This document shows, one piece after another, positions 35,942 through 43,123 of a stretch of DNA of 48,984 nt. The notes beneath the pieces are model-generated. The model was not told where the DNA came from, ran no database searches, and saw only the letters and a program-made list of their open reading frames with translations. The DNA comes from a virus. The stretch is from positions 1 to 48,984 of the IMG/VR virus record IMGVR_UViG_3300050015_000397. One strand, given 5' to 3'. The translations under genes and the position numbers were made by a program. Position 1 is the first letter of the stretch. Every line of letters begins with the position of its first letter.

Positions 35942-36496
35942 ATGTTTAAGAAACCACACACAAAAGAAACGAAAGTAAAAATAGGTCTTGGAAACACCAA
36001 GGTTAAAATTACCATAATCTGTAAACAATGCGGGAAGTCTTTTGAAGTAGTGCCGTCTTGGGCGATTAAAGTATTTTGTTCAAGGGTTTGTTTTGGAAAA
36101 TATAATAAAGGAAAACCCACTTGGAATACTGGTAAAAAAGGTGTTCAGGTCGCTTGGAATAAAGATAAAAAGTTTTTACAAATAAGTGGGGCAAATCATT
36201 ATAATTGGAAAGGTGGGATAGCAACCACAAATGATAAATTGAGGCATAGTTTTGAGGCAAATCTTTGGAAGAAGGCGTGTCTGGAACGAGATAACCACAC
36301 TTGCCAGAAATATGGAACTACAACAAATTTAGTGGTTCACCACATAAATAATTTCTCTGATTTTTCCGAATTAAGAACAAGCATTGAAAATGGTATTACT
36401 CTCTCAAAGAAAGCCCACGAAGAATTTCATAAAAAATATGGAAAGAAAAACAACACATTAGCACAGATAAAAGAATTTCTTTATGAAAATAAATAA
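35942..36496 (+). CDS. HNH endonuclease with N-terminal zinc ribbon (184 aa)
   Basis: CKQCG..CSRVC, NHYNWKGG, CQKYG..VVHHIN...NGITLSKKAHEEFH. Confidence 0.85.
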   Translation: MFKKPHTKETKVKIGLGNTKVKITIICKQCGKSFEVVPSWAIKVFCSRVCFGKYNKGKPTWNTGKKGVQVAWNKDKKFLQISGANHYNWKGGIATTNDKLRHSFEANLWKKACLERDNHTCQKYGTTTNLVVHHINNFSDFSELRTSIENGITLSKKAHEEFHKKYGKKNNTLAQIKEFLYENK

Positions 36497-37187
36497 GAAA
36501 AAATTCATAATAGATTTACTCTTACTTGTAGGAGTTATTGTTGTTGCAAAACTAACGGGGCATACAGAAGGACTTTCTATAATGGGAATGCCTTTAGTGA
36601 CCGCAGCAGGGTTGACGTTTGGGCATGCTGGAACTGGTGGAACTGCTTCATCTCAAGCGGTTAGTTCCATATCTCAAGCACACACAGGAGCAACTGAATT
36701 ATATACCGCATCTGCTGGTGAAACTATTGTTAGTTTTTCTGTGTATGGAAAAGTAACCACAACTCCAAATGGTTCAACTGGTATGTCGGCATATACAGTA
36801 TCGGGAGGTAAACCGAACACTAGATTAGCGGCAGGTACAACGATTACAATGAACTCTACCACTACTCAATGGTGGACTAGTGGTGCTGTAAGTCAAGCAA
36901 TGAGTGGTGGAGTGACATATACAGTAGCCCATGGCGGAGTTGCTGGACACGATTTAACATTTTATTATGATGCAGCAACGGGTCGTTCATACGATACAAA
37001 TGATTTAGCTGCAACGTGGACGGATGTTGTATCTTCAAATTTTAGATGGCACATGTACGCCACCTATACAGCAGCAGCCTCTGGTCCAGCCAACCTAAAA
37101 TCACGTAGTGGTAATTTAAAAGCAAATATAAAATCGCTTTCTGGAAATTTGATAGCTAATTGCAAGTCTTTAAGTGGGAACAGTTAA
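36483..37187 (+). CDS. N-terminally membrane-anchored T/S/G/A-rich protein with C-terminal 11-residue repeats (234 aa)
   Basis: TM helix FIIDLLLLVGVIVVA. C-terminus is KSRSGNLKANI-KSLSGNLIANC-KSLSGNS. Confidence 0.7.
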   Translation: MKINKKKFIIDLLLLVGVIVVAKLTGHTEGLSIMGMPLVTAAGLTFGHAGTGGTASSQAVSSISQAHTGATELYTASAGETIVSFSVYGKVTTTPNGSTGMSAYTVSGGKPNTRLAAGTTITMNSTTTQWWTSGAVSQAMSGGVTYTVAHGGVAGHDLTFYYDAATGRSYDTNDLAATWTDVVSSNFRWHMYATYTAAASGPANLKSRSGNLKANIKSLSGNLIANCKSLSGNS

Positions 37188-37203
37188 GTGGTATAATAAA
37201 TTC

Positions 37204-38871
37204 ATGAAAACCAACAAATATACAATAGAATTTCCTGAGCAGTTTGACTTCGTTAAAGAGGAATTTGAAAAGTCCGGCGTTTGGGAACCCAAGACTACTG
37301 AGTATGTTAAAACTCACCTCAAAGCAGGTCAGACTTTTGTAGATGTCGGAGCTAATGTTGGTTACTATTCTATTCTTGCTTCTAAACTCGGAGCAAAGGT
37401 TTTAGCTTTTGAACCTTCTTTAAATAACCGCACACTCTTAGAAAAGAACATCAAGGATAACGATTGTGATGTTCAAGTTTACAGTCAAGCACTCTCTGAC
37501 AAGACTGAAAGTGGCTTTTTATACACCGACACAACTCCAGGGCAGTATAGCCTTATAGGTAAAGGTAACGGTGAAAAAGTTGATTGCGTCCGATTTGATG
37601 ATTTGAATTTACCAGTTCCAGACTTTCTGAAAATTGATGCCGAAGGTGCGGAACGCCAAGTCTTAGAGGGTATGCAAAGCGTTCTCACTACCGACAAGCC
37701 TGTAACAATTTTAATCGAGGACTGGAAAAATGATTTGACCGAGTGGCTTGTAAGGACTCACGGATTTAACTTGGTAGAGACCGAACGCAAATATGGAAAT
37801 AAGATTTTAACCAAGAACCAACCTTTTGAATACAAACCCGAACCTTATACAATTCATCTTTTAAGTCTACCACACACTGAAACAACTAAAGATTATAGTT
37901 GGTGTGCTTTCACTTCTCTTGTAATCAATATGGCGACAATGATGACACAACAAGGACATAAGGTTATTTTATATGCTGGAGAAAACAACGAAGCCGAATG
38001 TTTTGAACACGTCAATTGTTCAGGAAAACCAAAGAGTTCAGACTTCTTTGTACCGCCTTGGACTTATGAATACTTTGCTCCAATGAATAATAAGATTATT
38101 GAGGAAATGAAAAAGCGGATTCAGATTGGGGATATAATATTAGAATCAACTTCTTTACAGAGTGTAGTAGCTGATGCATTCCCTAGAAATATCTCAATGG
38201 AATATGCCATCGGATATGGTGGTTGTAAATCCCGTTGCAGGGTGTTCCCGGCTGAAGCGTGGAGGCACGAAATTTACGGCAGAGATGCCGCCGCAAGAGG
38301 AGAGGATATACACACGGTTATGGGATACAGTTCAGACTGCGTAATCCCTCATATGTTAAACGTTGACCAATTTCCAGAAGGTAAAGGAGATGGTAACTAC
38401 CTATTGTTTGTAGGAAGACTAGGCGGAATGAAAGGCGAACAAGTTGCCGTTGAGACTTCTAAGCGAACAGGCATACCTTTAAAACTGGCTGGTCCAGGAA
38501 CTCCACCGAATTACGGAGAATATCTGGGAGTCCTAAAGCCCGAAGAACGGGCAAAAGTAATGGGTGGTGCAATAGCAGTTATAGCTCCTTCAATGTTTCC
38601 AGAACCATTTTGTTTAGTAGTAACGGAAGCTCAGATGTGCGGCACACCTACGATAACTACCCCGTGGGGAGCTTTTACCGAGACAAATGAAGATGGTTTG
38701 ACTGGGTATCGTTGCCATACATTAGGCGAGTTTGAACAGGCAGTTTATGATTGCAAAAAACTTGATAGAAAAAAGATAAGAGAAAGAGCCATTAAGAAGT
38801 ATTCAATGGAAGCAGTTGGTCCACAATATACGAAATATTTTCACCGTATGGAAGAAATTTTACCTAAATAA
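37204..38871 (+). CDS. FkbM-family methyltransferase fused to a GT-B (GT1/GT4-like) glycosyltransferase
   Basis: N-terminal half: FVDVGANVGYYS..AFEP..FLKIDAEGAERQVLEGM. C-terminal half: EPFCLVVTEAQMCGTPTITTPWGAFTETNEDGLTGY. ATG 37204; the track GTG start is 37174. Confidence 0.8.
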   Translation: MKTNKYTIEFPEQFDFVKEEFEKSGVWEPKTTEYVKTHLKAGQTFVDVGANVGYYSILASKLGAKVLAFEPSLNNRTLLEKNIKDNDCDVQVYSQALSDKTESGFLYTDTTPGQYSLIGKGNGEKVDCVRFDDLNLPVPDFLKIDAEGAERQVLEGMQSVLTTDKPVTILIEDWKNDLTEWLVRTHGFNLVETERKYGNKILTKNQPFEYKPEPYTIHLLSLPHTETTKDYSWCAFTSLVINMATMMTQQGHKVILYAGENNEAECFEHVNCSGKPKSSDFFVPPWTYEYFAPMNNKIIEEMKKRIQIGDIILESTSLQSVVADAFPRNISMEYAIGYGGCKSRCRVFPAEAWRHEIYGRDAAARGEDIHTVMGYSSDCVIPHMLNVDQFPEGKGDGNYLLFVGRLGGMKGEQVAVETSKRTGIPLKLAGPGTPPNYGEYLGVLKPEERAKVMGGAIAVIAPSMFPEPFCLVVTEAQMCGTPTITTPWGAFTETNEDGLTGYRCHTLGEFEQAVYDCKKLDRKKIRERAIKKYSMEAVGPQYTKYFHRMEEILPK

Positions 38872-38885
38872 TTAACAAACTAATA

Positions 38886-39263
38886 ATGATTAAAATGCCT
38901 ACAGGACAAGCCAGACACGAGATAGAGGGTGCTGCACAGGACGCAATAAAAACTATAGCGAAAGCAGCGGAAGAAGCCGCGAAAGTGGTTGCTAATTCTG
39001 CCGCTGAAGCAGTAAAAGTTGCCAATGCAAAGAATGATGGCGACCACGATATTCTGATTGTGTTGAAAACCAAGATGGAAGATTTGAAAGCGGATATTAA
39101 GGACTTGAAGGATGGAACCACAACCCAGATAGGTGACCATGAATTAAGAATTAAAAAGCTTGAAAACAAGACTGCTAATTATTTAATTACTTTAACACTG
39201 TACTCGGTGTTTGTGGGGGGGTTAGTAGGATTACTTCTATTCCACATTTTTTACACTAAATAA
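38886..39263 (+). CDS. Coiled-coil protein with C-terminal TM anchor (125 aa), possible lysis accessory protein
   Basis: A/E/K-rich helix followed by ITLTLYSVFVGGLVGLLLFHIF. Confidence 0.65.
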   Translation: MIKMPTGQARHEIEGAAQDAIKTIAKAAEEAAKVVANSAAEAVKVANAKNDGDHDILIVLKTKMEDLKADIKDLKDGTTTQIGDHELRIKKLENKTANYLITLTLYSVFVGGLVGLLLFHIFYTK

Positions 39264-39264
39264 G

Positions 39265-40218
39265 ATGAATTTACAATCTATTCTAAAAACTAAATACCCC
39301 CAAGGTTCACACGGAGGAGAGTGTGCCTCTTGGTGTGAACAGATATTTAGTTTCGGCCCCGTGGGAGATACCTTAGCTTCCAAGACTAAATTTGTAAAGT
39401 CAAACGGAGACTGTTATTTAGCCGGGAGTATATCCGAACTTGCTAAAGGGTTTAGAATAGGAGATGTGGTTTTTACTTCCGAAAGTCCTGTTCACGGGCA
39501 CGTTGCTATAATTACGGGCTTTGACAAAGATTCTCTAATTTTAGCCGAGAGTAACTTTAGCCTTGATAAAAAAGTAAATTACGGGCGCAGACTACCAATG
39601 CTTTCTTCAAAAATCATCGGGATAGGAAGATTTCCATTTAAAATAGATTTAGGATTTTTAACCATACCTTTTTCTTATGATGTATTTTTAAACAATCAGG
39701 ACTGGAGTTTAAAAGTTCTGGAGTCGGTTAAAAGTTTAATAAGCCAGTATACTAAACTGGACGTAACCTTTTTTGCCGCGAAGACTACTTTCCAAAATTG
39801 GTGGTATGAAGATTTTCCTTTTAACGGCTCAATTTATCGGGTGATAGCTAAAAGTTTCTTGGTTAATAACGTAGTCCCTTATAGTTTTACAAATTACAAT
39901 GCAGCTTCTGATTTAATAGCTTTTATTGTTTCCCCGGCGCAGTGGCAGGGTACGGTTTACGGGAACCAGCAAGGAGCTGAAATAGCATGGACAAGCAACG
40001 ACATAAAGGTCGTACAAGGAAGTTGCGGAGAAATGAGTAAATCCCCGTGGTATGACATGCCTCTTATAACCCATATTTTAATCCACGAACTTTCCCATTA
40101 TCTGCACTACCTTGCAGGTTCAAAATCTGACCAAACAGATATAATTGATAATCAAAAAAAGGACTTAAAAGGTATCTTTAAAGATTTAGATTGGAACAGA
40201 ATAGCCGTAAATTTATGA
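39265..40218 (+). CDS. Endolysin candidate: N-terminal CHAP/NlpC-like cysteine peptidase plus C-terminal HExxH domain (317 aa)
   Basis: GECASWCEQ (Cys), HGHVAIITG (His), LAESNF; C-terminal HILIHELSHYLHY. Confidence 0.65.
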   Translation: MNLQSILKTKYPQGSHGGECASWCEQIFSFGPVGDTLASKTKFVKSNGDCYLAGSISELAKGFRIGDVVFTSESPVHGHVAIITGFDKDSLILAESNFSLDKKVNYGRRLPMLSSKIIGIGRFPFKIDLGFLTIPFSYDVFLNNQDWSLKVLESVKSLISQYTKLDVTFFAAKTTFQNWWYEDFPFNGSIYRVIAKSFLVNNVVPYSFTNYNAASDLIAFIVSPAQWQGTVYGNQQGAEIAWTSNDIKVVQGSCGEMSKSPWYDMPLITHILIHELSHYLHYLAGSKSDQTDIIDNQKKDLKGIFKDLDWNRIAVNL

Positions 40219-40322
40219 AACGAATTAAACACAAGTTTGATTGGGATTTAATAACAGCGTATGCGATTGTTATAGCCGCATCAGTAATCCTTTGGAATTG
40301 GTGGTTTATTAAACATTACTAA
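40215..40322 (+). CDS. 35-aa single-TM peptide
   Basis: ATGA overlap with the endolysin stop. MKRIKHKFDWDLITAYAIVIAASVILWNWWFIKHY. Confidence 0.45.
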   Translation: MKRIKHKFDWDLITAYAIVIAASVILWNWWFIKHY

Positions 40323-40323
40323 T

Positions 40324-40488
40324 ATGTTCAGCTTACCTGATTTTACTTTAGGGAACGAGTTCAAAAACGATACAGGAGATGTTTTAAAAGTGGTTTCAAA
40401 CTTTGGAGAGGGGAAAAAAATTTATATTGAGTTAGAAATACAGGCTGTCGTCGCTCCGGCCGAAGATGAAATAATTAAAGAAATTTAA
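40324..40488 (+). CDS. 54-aa hypothetical protein
   Basis: My own translation: MFSLPDFTLGNEFKNDTGDVLKVVSNFGEGKKIYIELEIQAVVAPAEDEIIKEI. Confidence 0.4.
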   Translation: MFSLPDFTLGNEFKNDTGDVLKVVSNFGEGKKIYIELEIQAVVAPAEDEIIKEI

Positions 40489-40492
40489 TTTT

Positions 40493-40690
40493 ATGTCTTT
40501 AGTAGGAATAGTGTTAGCTCTAGTGGTTGTTGGGGTTTTGCTCTGGCTTGTTGAAACATATATCCCGATGAACCCGACAATCAAAAAAGCGATTGAAGTA
40601 GTTGTAATTATTGTAGTGGTTTTGTGGTTGCTCCAAGTTTTCGGAGTTTTAGGTTCAATTAACGCAATAACAGTTAATCCAATTAAATAG
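40493..40690 (+). CDS. Two-TM small membrane protein (holin candidate, 65 aa)
   Basis: Hydrophobic helices IVLALVVVGVLLWLV and VVVIIVVVLWLLQVFGVLG. Confidence 0.6.
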   Translation: MSLVGIVLALVVVGVLLWLVETYIPMNPTIKKAIEVVVIIVVVLWLLQVFGVLGSINAITVNPIK

Positions 40691-40691
40691 T

Positions 40692-40889
40692 ATGGACTTT
40701 ACATTCTTAAAAAGTACTAGATTTTGGGCATTGATAATTGGGGCAGTTTCTATCTATCTCCAAAGTAAAGGGTTTTTTGGAGATGCGGAAATGATGTTAG
40801 TTGCCACAATCACTGCTGGGTTTATTGGAGTAAAAACCGTAGATAGAAGTGTTGAATATCTTAGCAGTAAAAAGTTGGATTCTAAGTAA
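40692..40889 (+). CDS. Two-TM small membrane protein (holin candidate, 65 aa)
   Basis: FWALIIGAVSIYL and MMLVATITAGFIGV. Confidence 0.6.
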   Translation: MDFTFLKSTRFWALIIGAVSIYLQSKGFFGDAEMMLVATITAGFIGVKTVDRSVEYLSSKKLDSK

Positions 40890-41016
40890 CTTTTACCTTG
40901 GATTGCCGAGCCGAGCAGGGCATAGCCCATAAGCCTCGCCTCCCATACCCAATACAAAGAATCTCCTTACTTGACGTTTCTTCCCCGAGAACGAGCAGTC
41001 TGGAGATTGGCAGAAC

Positions 41017-41073
41017 GAGCCTATAACCGAGCAACAAAATTAGTCGGAGTTTATAGGCTCAATTTTGCTCTTT
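41017..41073 (+). terminator. Hairpin plus T-rich tail after the lysis genes
   Basis: gagcctataa (41017-41026) pairs perfectly with ttataggctc (41051-41060). Inner ccga/tcgg stem. Followed by aattttgctcttt. Confidence 0.6.
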
Positions 41074-41228
41074 GACGCGGGCAACCGGAGGGCTTCGGCC
41101 CTCTTACGGCCAGTCCGGACAGAAGCCAAGACACCTTAAAATAAGGTTTTCGCACTAGGTGGAAAGCGGCCTTACTTGGTGATAACTCTATGAAGCCGTT
41201 GCCGGTTGCTCACGTCAAGGAGGAACTT
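41074..41228 (+). other. Hairpin-rich GC-rich leader upstream of the island ORFs
   Basis: gagggc-ttcg-gccctc (41088-41103), acctt-aaaat-aaggt (41132-41146), ccaag/cttgg (41125/41174), AAGGAGG SD at 41217-41223. Confidence 0.4.
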
Positions 41229-41531
41229 ATGACCTGCAAGCGATTAAACAACGTATGCAAGTGCGGTGCCGTGCTTCAAGTTGTATCTCTCTGGCTCACG
41301 GACGGCAAGGCTCTGCTGGTTACGGCGATATGCCAAAATTGTGAACATACCTCCAACCTGCTATTCTACCTCACCGATTTGTACAAAGGGTGTCCCAAGC
41401 CCGACCCGAAGGAACTGGACAAGGCCATTGGCCAAGCCATTTCCAACATCTGCCACGACAAGGTACAGCTCTTTACCGAGGAGGATTTGGAACTCCTTGG
41501 ACTGATGAACATCACGGACGTGGTACAATGA
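41229..41531 (+). CDS. Cys-rich small protein (100 aa)
   Basis: AAGGAGG 5 nt upstream of ATG 41229. CKC...CQNC zinc-ribbon-like. Confidence 0.6.
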   Translation: MTCKRLNNVCKCGAVLQVVSLWLTDGKALLVTAICQNCEHTSNLLFYLTDLYKGCPKPDPKELDKAIGQAISNICHDKVQLFTEEDLELLGLMNITDVVQ

Positions 41532-41695
41532 GAATCCTACCTGGGTTCTATTACTACTGTCGGCTTTCCAAGCCGTCGGCAAATATGAACAAAATACGGC
41601 ATTATTGTAGCCGTGTGAACTGTCCGAATCTCTGTAAGAAACCGAGGAAGCAATGCCACACATCCCTGAAGTTAGTTGTCCTAAATGCCACTTAA
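41528..41695 (+). CDS. Cys-rich basic peptide (55 aa)
   Basis: ATGA overlap with the preceding stop. MRILPGFYYYCRLSKPSANMNKIRHYCSRVNCPNLCKKPRKQCH... Confidence 0.4.
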   Translation: MRILPGFYYYCRLSKPSANMNKIRHYCSRVNCPNLCKKPRKQCHTSLKLVVLNAT

Positions 41696-41895
41696 AAACG
41701 GCTGCCGACCGCAACACCGCTGTTGCCTGTCTGCACTGCCGTTTCCACTTTCCGGAGTACTCCTGCGGGAAGTGTCACCGCTCACAAAACTACGCAGGCC
41801 AGCTCTGTTGTATCTACACAGAGTGCCAAGCACCCGTCCCCCGAATTACCCAGATTAGCTGGAACAAGATTCGGGCGAATGTCGCCTACGCATGA
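41653..41895 (+). CDS. Double zinc-ribbon protein (80 aa)
   Basis: GAGGAAG upstream. CPKCH..CLHCRF..CGKCH..C. Confidence 0.55.
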   Translation: MPHIPEVSCPKCHLKTAADRNTAVACLHCRFHFPEYSCGKCHRSQNYAGQLCCIYTECQAPVPRITQISWNKIRANVAYA

Positions 41896-41904
41896 TCCTA
41901 TGGT

Positions 41905-41930
41905 TGCCGGTCATCCTAAACCGGCATTTT
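41905..41930 (+). terminator. Rho-independent terminator candidate 1
   Basis: tgccggt / accggca 7-bp stem, 8-nt loop, then tttt. Confidence 0.6.
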
Positions 41931-41975
41931 CTAACGGTGGATCTGTGCATAACTTGTTTATAGCCTTTTTAATAA

Positions 41976-41996
41976 CCCCTAAAAGGGGCTTTTTTA
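41976..41996 (+). terminator. Rho-independent terminator candidate 2
   Basis: cccct-aaa-agggg followed by c and a T6 run. Confidence 0.7.
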
Positions 41997-42002
41997 TTGC
42001 TC

Positions 42003-42031
42003 TTGACTTAAGTTTTTATTAAATATATAAT
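42003..42031 (+). promoter_or_regulatory. Near-consensus promoter TTGACT-17-TATAAT (early promoter candidate)
   Basis: -35 at 42003-42008, -10 at 42026-42031. Sits directly after the tandem terminators and upstream of the HTH gene. Confidence 0.7.
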
Positions 42032-42064
42032 TCTAGTACACTAATTAACCGATAGGAAAAAACA

Positions 42065-42244
42065 ATGGAAAACTCAATGCCTAAGCATATTTCTGAACTT
42101 CTGGCGGAAAGACGTGACAAATTTATCGTCCAAATGAATGAAGAAGGCTTTAAATTAACTGAAATAGCTTATATCTTCAAACTCACGACTCCCAGAATCC
42201 ATCAGATTATATTAAGTAAATCTTCAAAAGAATTAAATAAATAA
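42065..42244 (+). CDS. Small HTH-like DNA-binding protein (59 aa), below the track cutoff
   Basis: My own translation: MENSMPKHISELLAERRDKFIVQMNEEGFKLTEIAYIFKLTTPRIHQIILSKSSKELNK. Confidence 0.55.
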   Translation: MENSMPKHISELLAERRDKFIVQMNEEGFKLTEIAYIFKLTTPRIHQIILSKSSKELNK

Positions 42245-42274
42245 TCCGGCTCTGCCGGAGAAAGAAATAAGAAT

Positions 42275-42649
42275 ATGCCATCAGAAGATGCATTAGACGG
42301 CTTTATAGCCGAAAAGAAAGCGAACAGTTCGTACATTTCTCTGCTTGATGGAGAAGCAGTAAGAGTTAAGAACCTTAAGTCCTTAAAGCGCGTAACCAAA
42401 GCCGGATTCTCCGGCGATGAAATAGAGGTTTTACGCTTAGCGTGTGTAGTTGAAACTGAGTTCGGCGACAAAGATAAAAACTTTGACAATAGCACCGCCA
42501 AGTTTGCCAAGCAGCTAAAGGAAAATAACATCGTAGTCGGTTCCAGCTTTACCATCACCCGTGAAGGTGAAGGCCCGAAAACTGTTTATTTAGTTTCCGA
42601 TGCGGTTGTTCCCACCACTGACCCGGCTGTAACCGCGGCAGGACTGTAA
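42275..42649 (+). CDS. Hypothetical early protein (124 aa)
   Basis: ORF followed by a hairpin. Confidence 0.7.
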   Translation: MPSEDALDGFIAEKKANSSYISLLDGEAVRVKNLKSLKRVTKAGFSGDEIEVLRLACVVETEFGDKDKNFDNSTAKFAKQLKENNIVVGSSFTITREGEGPKTVYLVSDAVVPTTDPAVTAAGL

Positions 42650-42657
42650 CGGCATCT

Positions 42658-42680
42658 CGGGGACTGAGTGTCCCCGGTTT
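42658..42680 (+). terminator. Hairpin cggggac-tgagt-gtccccg plus TTT
   Basis: 7-bp perfect stem. Confidence 0.5.
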
Positions 42681-42772
42681 CCCTGAGGCTGTAGAGCCAG
42701 ACTAAAACATAAAGCACTTTATTCTGACCCCCCTCTGCGGCTTCTGGGAAGTATTAACTAACGAAACTAAAT

Positions 42773-42928
42773 ATGAAAATAGACAGAAAAAAAGAAAATG
42801 ATCAAGTAATAATTGAACACGATGGCTTAATGGTTTCCGAAAGAACATTAGAGGAAGCCATAATAAGTTACGGTGAAGGAATGTATCAGCGAGGTAATAG
42901 TCGCAAAAGAACCGAAAGTAACGAATAA
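42773..42928 (+). CDS. 51-aa hypothetical protein
   Basis: My own translation: MKIDRKKENDQVIIEHDGLMVSERTLEEAIISYGEGMYQRGNSRKRTESNE. Confidence 0.4.
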   Translation: MKIDRKKENDQVIIEHDGLMVSERTLEEAIISYGEGMYQRGNSRKRTESNE

Positions 42929-42932
42929 CTTT

Positions 42933-43118
42933 ATGGACTATTCAAAAGATTACAATAATCTCTCCAGCAAAGAACTGGATGAGGAGCCTGAACTCGTCGT
43001 TACTCACTGTGATTTCTGTCAGACCAAAATTACCGCCGACGAAGAAGAACGCCATATAACCGCGGGGGACGAGGGGTTGACGCTGTGTGAGTCGTGCGGG
43101 AGTCATTATTTAGATTAA
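42933..43118 (+). CDS. Zinc-ribbon protein (61 aa)
   Basis: Start taken at ATG 42933 (the track GTG start is 42873). HCDFC...CESCG. Confidence 0.55.
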   Translation: MDYSKDYNNLSSKELDEEPELVVTHCDFCQTKITADEEERHITAGDEGLTLCESCGSHYLD

Positions 43119-43123
43119 AATAT

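Noticed and set aside
41361-41717. 118-aa minus-strand ORF and other overlapping ORFs (41266-41505, 41723-42022) in the GC-rich island
   Set aside because: Higher GC removes stops in all frames. These ORFs lack SD sequences, whereas the three chosen ORFs have AAGGAGG/GAGGAAG or ATGA coupling. Coding status of the whole island remains uncertain.
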